DNA of 32,000 nucleotides from Synechococcus sp. A15-28 (GTDB lineage Bacteria; Cyanobacteriota; Cyanobacteriia; PCC-6307; Cyanobiaceae): NCBI RefSeq assembly GCF_014280175.1, contig NZ_CP047931.1, positions 2,250,001 to 2,282,000 of the forward strand, read 5' to 3'. Shown here piece by piece: positions 24,559-32,000 of the stretch (positions are counted from its first letter, which is position 1; each line of letters opens with the position of its first letter). The notes beneath the pieces were generated by a model, which saw only the letters and a list, made by a program, of their open reading frames with translations, made no database searches and had not been told where the DNA came from. A program made the translations under genes and the position numbers.

Positions 24559-26099
24559 ATGCTTGGCGACCTCTGGTCGTTCCAGGGCAGGTACCGAACC
24601 CTTCACCTCACCTGGATCGCCTTCTTCCTGACCTTTGTGGTCTGGTTCAACCTGGCCCCTCTGGCCACCACCGTGAAAGCGGACCTGGGACTGACCGTTG
24701 GTCAGATCCGCACAGTGGCCATCTGCAACGTGGCCCTCACCATTCCTGCGCGCGTGCTGATCGGCATGCTCCTCGACAAGTTCGGACCCCGGATCACCTA
24801 CTCGTCGATCCTGGTGTTCTCAGCGATTCCCTGCCTGCTGTTTGCCTCCGCTCAGGACTTCAACCAGCTGGTGGTGGCCCGTCTGCTGCTCTCCATTGTT
24901 GGCGCCGGCTTCGTGATCGGCATCCGCATGGTGGCCGAATGGTTCCCGCCTAAGGAAATCGGCCTGGCTGAAGGCATCTACGGCGGCTGGGGCAACTTCG
25001 GCTCCGCCTTCTCCGCCCTCACGATGGTTGCCCTCGCTGGCTTCCTCTCCTTCTCCGGCGGCTTCGAACTGCCCACCGGCGCTGTTCTGAACTGGCGTGG
25101 TGCCATCTCCCTCACCGGCATCGTCTCCGCCGTTTACGGCCTCTTCTATTTCTTCAACGTCACCGACACCCCCCCGGCAAGACCTATCAGCGCCCTGAGA
25201 AAACCGCAGGCCTGGAGGTCACCTCCATGCGCGACCTCTGGGGTCTGCTCGGCATGAACGTGCCCTTCGCAGCCATCCTCTGCGTGCTCTGCTGGCGTCT
25301 CGGCAAGGTGGGCTTCCTGACTCCGTCCACCTACCCACTGGCTCTCGGGGCTGTTGCCGTCTGGTTTGCTTTCCAGACCTGGGGAATCATTCGCACCAAC
25401 CGCGACCTGATCCTCGGCAACAAGGTCTATCCAAAGGAAGACCGCTACGAGTTCCGCCAGGTAGCGATCCTCGAGCTCACCTACATCGTGAACTTCGGCT
25501 CCGAGCTGGCCGTGGTTTCGATGCTGCCCACCTTCTTTGAAACCACCTTCGATCTGCCGAAGGCCACCGCCGGAATCCTGGCCTCCTGCTTTGCTTTCGT
25601 GAACCTGGTTGCCCGCCCTGCCGGTGGTCTGATCTCCGACAGCCTCGGCAGCCGCAAGAACACCATGGGCTTCCTCACCGCCGGTCTCGGCGTGGGCTAC
25701 CTGGTGATGAGCATGATCAAGCCCGGCACCTTTACCGGCACCACCGGCATCGCCGTTGCCGTGGTGATCACCATGCTCGCCTCCTTCTTCGTGCAGTCCG
25801 GTGAAGGCGCCACCTTCGCGCTGGTGCCCCTCGTCAAGCGTCGCGTCACCGGTCAGGTGGCCGGCCTGGTGGGTGCCTACGGCAACGTTGGTGCTGTGAC
25901 CTACCTGACCATCTTCAGCCTTCTGCCGATGTGGATGGGCGGCGGCGGCGAACCCACCCCCGAGGTGATCGCGGCTTCCAACAGCGCCTTCTTCCAGATC
26001 CTGGGCGTGGCCGGTCTGATCGTGGCCTTCTTCTGCTTCTTCTTCCTCAAGGAGCCCAAGGGATCTTTCGCGGAACTGCATGAAGGCGAAACCGCCTGA
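24559..26099 (+). pseudogene. nrtP: nitrate/nitrite MFS permease NrtP (NapA), reading frame broken by a 1-nt shift in a C7 run
   Basis: Two adjacent track ORFs (24526..25257 and 25227..26099) are the N- and C-halves of one MFS permease. Frame 1 reads ...FFNVTDTPP, then nonsense, then a stop at 25257. From 25176 the other frame reads GKTYQRPEKTAGLEVTSMRDLWGLLGMNVPF... One extra C in the run at 25169-25175 would give a continuous protein of about 513 aa. Confidence 0.85.
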
Positions 26100-26136
26100 T
26101 CGTGGTGTCCACGCAGCGCAGTGGTGCTGCATCACG

Positions 26137-26171
26137 GCCCGGAGCTTTGGCTTCGGGCTTTTCTCTTTCTT
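26137..26171 (+). terminator. terminator-like hairpin plus T-rich tail between nrtP and narB
   Basis: GCCCGGAGC-TTTG-GCTTCGGGC forms 9 bp including one G-U. The tail TTTTCTCTTTCTT follows and ends 9 nt before the narB ATG. Confidence 0.4.
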
Positions 26172-26179
26172 AAGCCCTG

Positions 26180-28411
26180 ATGTCTGACGGCCCCCGCAGT
26201 GTTCGCAGCCAGTGCCCCTACTGCGGAGTGGGCTGCGGTCTTGAGCTGCTGCCTCCGGCCGTGAAGGGTCAAGCCGTGAAGCGGGATGCAGAAGGCAACC
26301 CGATGTGGACCGCCCGCGGCGACCGGGAGCACCCCTCCAGCCTGGGCCAGGTGTGCATCAAGGGGGCCACCGTCGGCGACACCCTGGCCAGGGGCCGCCT
26401 GCGCCAACCCCTGTTCCGCAGCAAGCTCACAGACGACTTTGCACCAATCAGCTGGGACGACGCTCTCAACACAATCACCGGCCAGATCCAGGCGAGCGTG
26501 GCCAGGCGCGGCAAAGCCGATGGCATCGCCATGTACGGCTCCGGGCAGTTCCACACCGAGGATTACTACCTGGCCCAGAAACTGCTGAAAGGCGCCCTGG
26601 GCACCAACAATTTCGATGCCAACTCGCGGCTGTGCATGAGCTCAGCCGTGGCCGGCTACACCCGCAGCCTGGGTTCCGATGGCCCCCCCTGCAGCTATGA
26701 GGACCTCGACCACTGCACGGTGGCTTTTCTGATCGGCACCAACACCGCCGAGTGCCATCCAGTGCTGTTCCAGCGGCTGCTGAAGCGGAAACGCAAGAAC
26801 CCCGGCAGCGTCACGATCGTGGTGGTGGATCCCCGTCGCACCGACACCGCCAAGGCCGCCGATATTCATTTGCCGATTGCCCCTGGCAGCGACCTGGCCC
26901 TGCTGCATGGCATTGCTCACCTGGTGCTGCGGGACAACGGCCAGGACCCGGCCTTCATCGACGACCACACCGAGAACTACGACGCCTTCTTCGACGTGGC
27001 CGCCCGCTGGACCCCCAGGCGAGTGGCCCTGTTCTGCAACATCCCCGAGAAACGTCTGCGGGACGTGGCGGCTCTGTTTCACCGACGCCAGAAGGTGCTC
27101 AGCCTCTGGTCGATGGGGGTGAACCAGCGCCGAGAAGGAACGGCCGTGGTGCAGGGGTTGATCAACCTGCATCTGCTCACTGGTCAGATCGGCAAAGAAG
27201 GGGCAGGGCCCTTCTCCCTGACCGGCCAACCCAATGCCATGGGCGGCCGCGAAGCCGGGGGGCTCGCCCACCTGCTGCCGGGCTATCGGTTGGTGGGGAA
27301 TGCCGCGCACCGCGCCGAGGTGGAACTGGCCTGGCAGCTGCCGGCAGGCCGCATTGCCTCCAAACCCGGACTCGCCGCCTGGCAGCAGGTGGAAGCGATG
27401 GAACGGGGCGAACTGGACCTCTGGTGGGTGGCCGCCACGAATCCGCTGGTCAGCATGCCGGACCTGGATCGGGTCAAACAGGCCATGGGGAACTGCCCGC
27501 TCGTGGTGGTGAGCGAGGCCTACGCCGATTCGGAAACATCCCACTACGCCCACCTCCTGCTGCCGGCTGCCCAATGGAGTGAAAAAGCCGGAGCCATGAC
27601 CAATTCCGAACGGCGTGTCACCTTCTGCCCCGCCTACCGCCGAAGCTTCGGCGAAAGCCGTCCGGACTGGGACGTGTTTGCTGAGGTGGGCCGCCGGCTG
27701 GGCTTTACCGAACAGTTCAGCTTCGGCTCCGCCGCAGAGGTCTACGCCGAATTCACCCGACTCACCCAGGGACGCCTCTGTGACGTCAGTGGCCTGAGCC
27801 ATGAATTACTGGCGCAGGAGGGTCCCCAGCAGTGGCCTTATCCCAACGGAAGCACTCCCGGCACAGCAGCCAAACGGCTGTATACCAACCACCAGTTCGC
27901 GACCCCCAGCGGCCGCGCCCGTTTCAGCACCGACCAGCCGCTCGGGCTGGCGGAACCCCCCTGCGACACCTACCCACTCGTGCTGACCGTTGGTCGTTAC
28001 CTGGGTCAGTGGCACACCATGACCCGCACTGGAAAGGTGGAGCGATTGGTGAAACTGCACCCCGAGCCGTTGCTGGAGATTCATCCTCGGGATGCCCAGG
28101 AGCTGAAAGTGGAGAACGGAGCCCTGGCGGGCATCAGTTCTCGGCGCGGTCACCTCACCGCCACGGTGAAAGTGACCGATCGCATTCGCTGCGGGACTGT
28201 GTTCCTGCCGATGCACTGGGGATTCACCCAGGAGAAGGCTTGCGAAGCCAACACGCTGATGCATGACGATGCCTGCCCGGTGTCCAAGCAACCGGAACTG
28301 AAAGCCTGCGCAGTGATCGTGGCGCCAGCCGTGTCGGTGGTGAAGCCGGTGGAACAGGAGAAGGGTCGCCTGGAGGCGTTGCGGCGCCTGCTCACCCCAG
28401 CACTTCGCTGA
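26180..28411 (+). CDS. narB: assimilatory ferredoxin-dependent nitrate reductase NarB
   Basis: Has the N-terminal CPYCGVGCG Fe-S motif and a 743-aa molybdopterin oxidoreductase architecture, and lies adjacent to nrtP. Confidence 0.95.
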   Translation: MSDGPRSVRSQCPYCGVGCGLELLPPAVKGQAVKRDAEGNPMWTARGDREHPSSLGQVCIKGATVGDTLARGRLRQPLFRSKLTDDFAPISWDDALNTITGQIQASVARRGKADGIAMYGSGQFHTEDYYLAQKLLKGALGTNNFDANSRLCMSSAVAGYTRSLGSDGPPCSYEDLDHCTVAFLIGTNTAECHPVLFQRLLKRKRKNPGSVTIVVVDPRRTDTAKAADIHLPIAPGSDLALLHGIAHLVLRDNGQDPAFIDDHTENYDAFFDVAARWTPRRVALFCNIPEKRLRDVAALFHRRQKVLSLWSMGVNQRREGTAVVQGLINLHLLTGQIGKEGAGPFSLTGQPNAMGGREAGGLAHLLPGYRLVGNAAHRAEVELAWQLPAGRIASKPGLAAWQQVEAMERGELDLWWVAATNPLVSMPDLDRVKQAMGNCPLVVVSEAYADSETSHYAHLLLPAAQWSEKAGAMTNSERRVTFCPAYRRSFGESRPDWDVFAEVGRRLGFTEQFSFGSAAEVYAEFTRLTQGRLCDVSGLSHELLAQEGPQQWPYPNGSTPGTAAKRLYTNHQFATPSGRARFSTDQPLGLAEPPCDTYPLVLTVGRYLGQWHTMTRTGKVERLVKLHPEPLLEIHPRDAQELKVENGALAGISSRRGHLTATVKVTDRIRCGTVFLPMHWGFTQEKACEANTLMHDDACPVSKQPELKACAVIVAPAVSVVKPVEQEKGRLEALRRLLTPALR

Positions 28412-28862
28412 GGGCAGCCTCCAGGTTTTGGTGGTCATGCCCAGGCCGCACCAATTTGCACAGCGCAAAGCGATCCAACTCAGGCATCGCCGCCCACTGC
28501 TGAAGCGTTAACTCCACACCACGGGACGCTGCAGCGCTCTGGATCTCTGCCGGTAAAACGGTCTGCTGTTGCCAGGGCGCATCCACAGCAGGCGGCAAAT
28601 CCTTCACCACTCCATCCGCCATCCCTCGGGTGACCTCCCGCAGATGCTGCCCAAGCTGAGCGAGCGCCTCTGGATCGTCGGCCCAATCCACCAAAGCCTG
28701 GCGCTGGTTCTGGGTCAGCGCCAACCAGTGACTCAATTTCAGCTTGATGCCGCAAAGATCCAACTTGCGGCGCACGCAAAGCGGAATGCACCGCCAGGTC
28801 CCGATGAAATCCTGCTCGAAAGCAAAGCAATGGCTGGCGGATTGCGTGGTGCTGGCCATCAA
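28392..28862 (-). CDS. nitrate-reductase-associated protein (NarM-like)
   Basis: A 156-aa protein convergent with narB, overlapping its 3' end by 20 nt. From memory, its size, position and FAFEQDF...CIPLCVRRKLDLCGIKL N-terminus resemble the cyanobacterial nitrate-reductase-associated family. Confidence 0.55.
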   Translation of the reverse strand: MMASTTQSASHCFAFEQDFIGTWRCIPLCVRRKLDLCGIKLKLSHWLALTQNQRQALVDWADDPEALAQLGQHLREVTRGMADGVVKDLPPAVDAPWQQQTVLPAEIQSAAASRGVELTLQQWAAMPELDRFALCKLVRPGHDHQNLEAALSEVLG

Positions 28863-29137
28863 TCAGAACGCCGAATGGTGTCAATGATGACAACCCCGGA
28901 CGCGCAAAACAGCGATGTTCATTTTGTTACAGAGACAGGTCAGTGCGCTTCGCCATCTCCCTCGGAATGTTGCTCGGCATGTCCCACGGTTGGGTGACCG
29001 CTGAGGGACGAGCAAGCACCAACTCAGACCTGTTCGAAGTGTTAAAAACCGTTAAATCAACGACAACTTTTTCTCCTTTCAGTAGCGGTCAACACCAATT
29101 CTTTCCATACTGAAACTCAATACGTGAGTTTTGAGTC

Positions 29138-29446
29138 TTGACCAACAGCTTCGTCTCCACAGGCCGCAGCCCGATCACCCTGGCTGCGGGCTTCCTGGGC
29201 GCCTTCATCTTCGGCTCCCTGGCCGTTCAGCTGGTGCGCAGTCAGACCGCTTCCATGCAGCTCGGTGCTGCCGTGGTTGAGCCGGTGATCGCCGGCCCTG
29301 CCGCTCTCTGGGCTCCCTTGGCCGAGCGCGACATCGCCAGTGCCACCGCAGGCGCAACAGCCCAACCTGCTGCGGCCATCCAGCCCGCCATTGAACCTGT
29401 CGTGGGCTCCGAAGCCACCCTCTGGGCTCCCTTCGGCGAGCGCTGA
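29138..29446 (+). CDS. hypothetical small membrane protein with an internal repeat
   Basis: A TTG start gives one predicted TM segment (ITLAAGFLGAFIFGSLAVQLV) and two copies of [AT]LWAP[LF][AG]ER. I recognise no homologue. Confidence 0.35.
   Translation: MTNSFVSTGRSPITLAAGFLGAFIFGSLAVQLVRSQTASMQLGAAVVEPVIAGPAALWAPLAERDIASATAGATAQPAAAIQPAIEPVVGSEATLWAPFGER
29306..29443 (+). repeat. 24-bp direct repeat pair (22/24 identical), 114 bp apart
   Basis: CTCTGGGCTCCCTTGGCCGAGCGC (29306-29329) matches CTCTGGGCTCCCTTCGGCGAGCGC (29420-29443). The pair is in frame and encodes LWAPLAER / LWAPFGER. Confidence 0.8.
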
Positions 29447-29523
29447 TCAATCGAAGCATTCAGCCGACTCGCTGCAGATCTAAAAAATTTGCTCATAGTG
29501 AGGAGGAAGTTCAGCTCCCTCTT

Positions 29524-30282
29524 GTGGCTCTCAATCGCCGATCATTTCTGCTGGGTTCAGGCCTGACGGCCATGGGGCTTGTGGGTTGCAGCAAAGTTGC
29601 TCAAACCGACGCTTCCCAAGCCAACATCGGAGCCGGAGCCACCGCCGTACCGAGCAACGAAACTCCACGATCCTGTCGCCCCGGTGATTCCTTATCAGCG
29701 CTGAAAGATGGAAACAGGCGATTTGCAACGGCTTGGCAAAGCAAAAACACCGCAGACACGACTGAGGCGCGAGCCAAGGCCATGTCCAATCTTTGGTTGG
29801 ACAACTGCTACCTACCCTCCAGTGTCCTGGACAAGGGTCAAGCACCGTGGGCGTCAATTCTCACCTGTGCAGATTCCCGCGTGGCACCTGAATGGATTTT
29901 CGATGCAGCACCATCAGATCTTTTCGTGATTCGAAGCGCCGGAAACACTGCCTTCGACGATGCGATCGCTTCCCTGGAGTACGGGGTCGCTGTTTTGAAA
30001 ACCCCTCTGATCATGGTGATGGGTCACAGTGTATGCGGTGCTGTTGACGCCGCACGCAAAAGCGACCCTCTGACCCCGCTTCTGGAGAAACTGGTCACGC
30101 CAATCCGTGCGTCACTCACTCCTGGCGAAACACTGGATGAATCCATCCAAGCCAATTCGCGCTACGCGGCCAATCAGCTGACGGAAAGGAGTGCCGTTCT
30201 TGCCGACGCTGTCAAAAACGGTTCCCTTCAGATCGTTGTCAGCACCTTCAACATCGCAGACGGTTCCGTCAGCATGGTCTGA
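29524..30282 (+). CDS. beta-class carbonic anhydrase with Tat signal and lipobox (EcaB-like)
   Basis: A GTG start gives [23 protein letters not shown], with a twin-arginine motif and a LVGC lipobox. The beta-CA zinc-ligand motifs CADSR and GHSVCGAV are present. The stop overlaps the moaC ATG (TGATG). Confidence 0.82.
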   Translation: MALNRRSFLLGSGLTAMGLVGCSKVAQTDASQANIGAGATAVPSNETPRSCRPGDSLSALKDGNRRFATAWQSKNTADTTEARAKAMSNLWLDNCYLPSSVLDKGQAPWASILTCADSRVAPEWIFDAAPSDLFVIRSAGNTAFDDAIASLEYGVAVLKTPLIMVMGHSVCGAVDAARKSDPLTPLLEKLVTPIRASLTPGETLDESIQANSRYAANQLTERSAVLADAVKNGSLQIVVSTFNIADGSVSMV

Positions 30283-30758
30283 TGGAGGCTCCTCTCAATC
30301 ATCTGAACCAGCAAGGCGAGGTTCACATGGTTGACGTGGGGGACCGCCCGGCCACCCACCGCGAGGCCCATGCCACAGGCGCGATCCGCATGGACGCCTC
30401 AACCCTCGGCCTGATCCAGCGGGGCGAGACACCGAAAGGAGATCTTCTGGCGGTCGCCCGGGTGGCAGCGATCCAGGCCGCCAAACGCACCTGGGAGCTG
30501 ATTCCCCTGTGCCATCCGCTGCCACTCAGTGGCATGGATGTGTCGATCGACGCCGACGCCTCCCTGCCTGGCCTGGTGCTCCACTGCCGCTGCCGCACCA
30601 CAGGCCAGACCGGGGTGGAAATGGAAGCGATGACGGCCGTGTCCGTGGGGCTGCTGACCCTCTACGACATGCTCAAGGCGGTTGATCCAGCCATGACGAT
30701 CGAGGCGATCCAGCTGGAGTTCAAGGAAGGAGGGCGGAACGGTGTCTGGAAACGCTGA
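30282..30758 (+). CDS. moaC: cyclic pyranopterin monophosphate synthase MoaC
   Basis: 158 aa with the MoaC-typical segments [20 protein letters not shown] and [19 protein letters not shown]. Confidence 0.9.
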   Translation: MEAPLNHLNQQGEVHMVDVGDRPATHREAHATGAIRMDASTLGLIQRGETPKGDLLAVARVAAIQAAKRTWELIPLCHPLPLSGMDVSIDADASLPGLVLHCRCRTTGQTGVEMEAMTAVSVGLLTLYDMLKAVDPAMTIEAIQLEFKEGGRNGVWKR

Positions 30759-31992
30759 GCCCTACGGACGCGAAGGGCTACCCCTCGAAGAGGCACGTCG
30801 ACGGGTTCTGGCGGCACTCCAGCCGATCACAGCCAGCAACACAGTGCCGCTGCAGCAGGCCCTCGGCCGGGTGAGCGCTGCGGATGTGCTGGCCAGCGCA
30901 GCGGTTCCGGGCTTCCGGGCCTCGATCATGGACGGCTACGCCCTGGGGCAGAACCACCAGCCCAAACCTGGGGAGACCTGGCAGCTGAAGGGACGCTCCG
31001 CCGCCGGCCAGCCCTTCAACGGAACCCTGGCCACCGGCGATGCGATCCGCATCCTCACCGGCGCTCCACTGCCGGACGTTGCCGGCTGGGTGCTGCCCCA
31101 GGAGCTGATCAGCGTGAACGGCACCAGCCTCCAGCTGGTGAAAGAAGCGTCGGATCGTCCCTGGATTCGCCCCGAGGATGAGGAATGTCGAGCGGGAGAC
31201 CTGCTGCTGGCCGCTGGAGAGCGCCTTGGTGCCGCCGATCTCGCACGCCTCGCCGGCTGCGGCATCGCCGACCTAACCGTTGCCCAGCAACCCCGCATCG
31301 GGCTGCTGATCAGCGGGGACGAGCTGGTGCCACCCGGAACAGCGCGGCAACCCGGTGCCATCTGGGAGAGCAACGGCACGCTTCTGGAGACAATGCTCCG
31401 GGCCCTCAGGCAATCGGTGACCCAGCGACGGGTGGTGGCCGATCAACCCGACGCCCTGCGGCAGGCCCTGCTGGATCTGGCCCATGACTGCGACGTGGTG
31501 GTGAGCACCGGCGGCGTCTCCGCCGGCGACACCGATTGGATCCGACCCCTGGTGGCGGAGCTGGGTGCTGTGGACTTCTGGAAACTGTTCCTACGCCCGG
31601 GGCGCCCCTTTGCCTTCGGCAGCATCGGTGAGGGCGTGCCGTTTTTCGGACTGCCGGGCAATCCCGTGGCGGCGGCAGTTACCGCCCTGCAACTGCTCTG
31701 GCCCGCCCTGCAGGTTCTGGAGGGCCAGAGCGAACCAGAGCTGTTCCCCCGGGTGATGGTGGAACTGGCCGACCCGTTGTCCCGCCGACCGGGACGGCCG
31801 GAACTGGCACGGGCCCGCCTCGACACCAACGCCGCAGGAACGCTGCTGGCACGGGTAGATGGCTCGCAGGCCTCATCCCGGATCGGTTCGCTGCAACAGG
31901 CCGATCTACTGTTGGAACTGCCAGCGGAAGCCGGCCCGCTCGAAAGGGGCACCCGTCTCTGGGCCCAGCTGATACGTCAACGGATTTTCTAA
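30742..31992 (+). CDS. moeA: molybdopterin molybdenumtransferase MoeA
   Basis: 416 aa with MoeA domain order and motifs ([32 protein letters not shown]). It uses a GTG start overlapping the moaC 3' end. Confidence 0.9.
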   Translation: MSGNAEPYGREGLPLEEARRRVLAALQPITASNTVPLQQALGRVSAADVLASAAVPGFRASIMDGYALGQNHQPKPGETWQLKGRSAAGQPFNGTLATGDAIRILTGAPLPDVAGWVLPQELISVNGTSLQLVKEASDRPWIRPEDEECRAGDLLLAAGERLGAADLARLAGCGIADLTVAQQPRIGLLISGDELVPPGTARQPGAIWESNGTLLETMLRALRQSVTQRRVVADQPDALRQALLDLAHDCDVVVSTGGVSAGDTDWIRPLVAELGAVDFWKLFLRPGRPFAFGSIGEGVPFFGLPGNPVAAAVTALQLLWPALQVLEGQSEPELFPRVMVELADPLSRRPGRPELARARLDTNAAGTLLARVDGSQASSRIGSLQQADLLLELPAEAGPLERGTRLWAQLIRQRIF

Positions 31993-32000
31993 GCCGCAGC

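Noticed and set aside
25146-26135. 329-aa minus-strand ORF opposite nrtP
   Set aside because: It is antisense to the clearly homologous MFS permease, and its Gly/Ala/His/Glu-rich low-complexity product has no motifs.
26642-27802. 386-aa minus-strand ORF, plus several 60-276-aa ORFs in other frames, within narB
   Set aside because: These are shadow frames of narB. The translations are Pro/Arg/Gly/Ala-rich with no domain signature, and narB itself is full length.
29082-29131. GTAGCGGTCAACAC (GTA-N8-CAC), the TTTCAGTA...TACTGAAA inverted repeat, and the AAACTCA-ATACG-TGAGTTT hairpin upstream of the small TM ORF
   Set aside because: The box lacks a properly spaced -10. The stems are short and AT-rich without a convincing T-tail. 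I could not distinguish a regulatory element from chance in an AT-rich spacer.
1-32000. Mobile elements, CRISPR arrays, rRNA or tRNA genes, defence systems
   Set aside because: Reading by eye, I saw no transposase, integrase or recombinase-like ORFs, no regularly spaced repeats and no rRNA-like stretch. I could not run a tRNA scan, so a tRNA cannot be formally excluded. The intergenic gaps are short and none shows cloverleaf-like pairing.

Overview
The window looks like the nitrogen-assimilation supercluster of a high-GC marine picocyanobacterium (Synechococcus-like; inferred from gene content and composition). I found no rRNA, tRNA, CRISPR array, transposase or integrase by eye.

Gene order, left to right:
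- a formamidase C-terminal fragment plus an FmdB-type zinc-ribbon gene
- the urea ABC transporter urtEDCBA (minus strand)
- urease accessory genes ureGFE (minus), divergent from ureDABC (plus)
- a small DUF4278 gene behind an NtcA-type palindrome and a structured leader
- a tightly packed minus-strand cluster of unknown pathway: small TM ORF, Na+/solute symporter, small TM ORF, atypical ATCase-fold transcarbamylase, AsnB-like amidotransferase, M20 carbamoyl-amidohydrolase, DUF1028 Ntn hydrolase
- the circularly permuted ATP-grasp / Alpha-E / transglutaminase triad
- an unknown ORF coupled to moaA-mobA (minus)
- nrtP, split by a frameshift in a C7 run
- narB and a convergent NarM-like gene
- a small repeat-containing membrane ORF
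- a Tat/lipoprotein beta-carbonic anhydrase, then moaC and moeA

Things worth a second look:
1. The uncharacterised symporter/transcarbamylase/amidotransferase/amidohydrolase cluster next to urease.
2. The ATP-grasp/Alpha-E/transglutaminase system.
3. A glutamine-riboswitch-like leader plus an NtcA palindrome in front of the DUF4278 ORF.
4. The nrtP homopolymer frameshift.
5. A sharp compositional mosaic. In hand-counted 60-nt lines, fmd and urtBCDE are about 38-45 % GC, urtA about 52-55 %, and the rest about 57-62 %. The break falls at the urtA terminator.

Many long ORFs in the six-frame track are antisense shadows of real genes in GC-rich DNA, and I rejected them.
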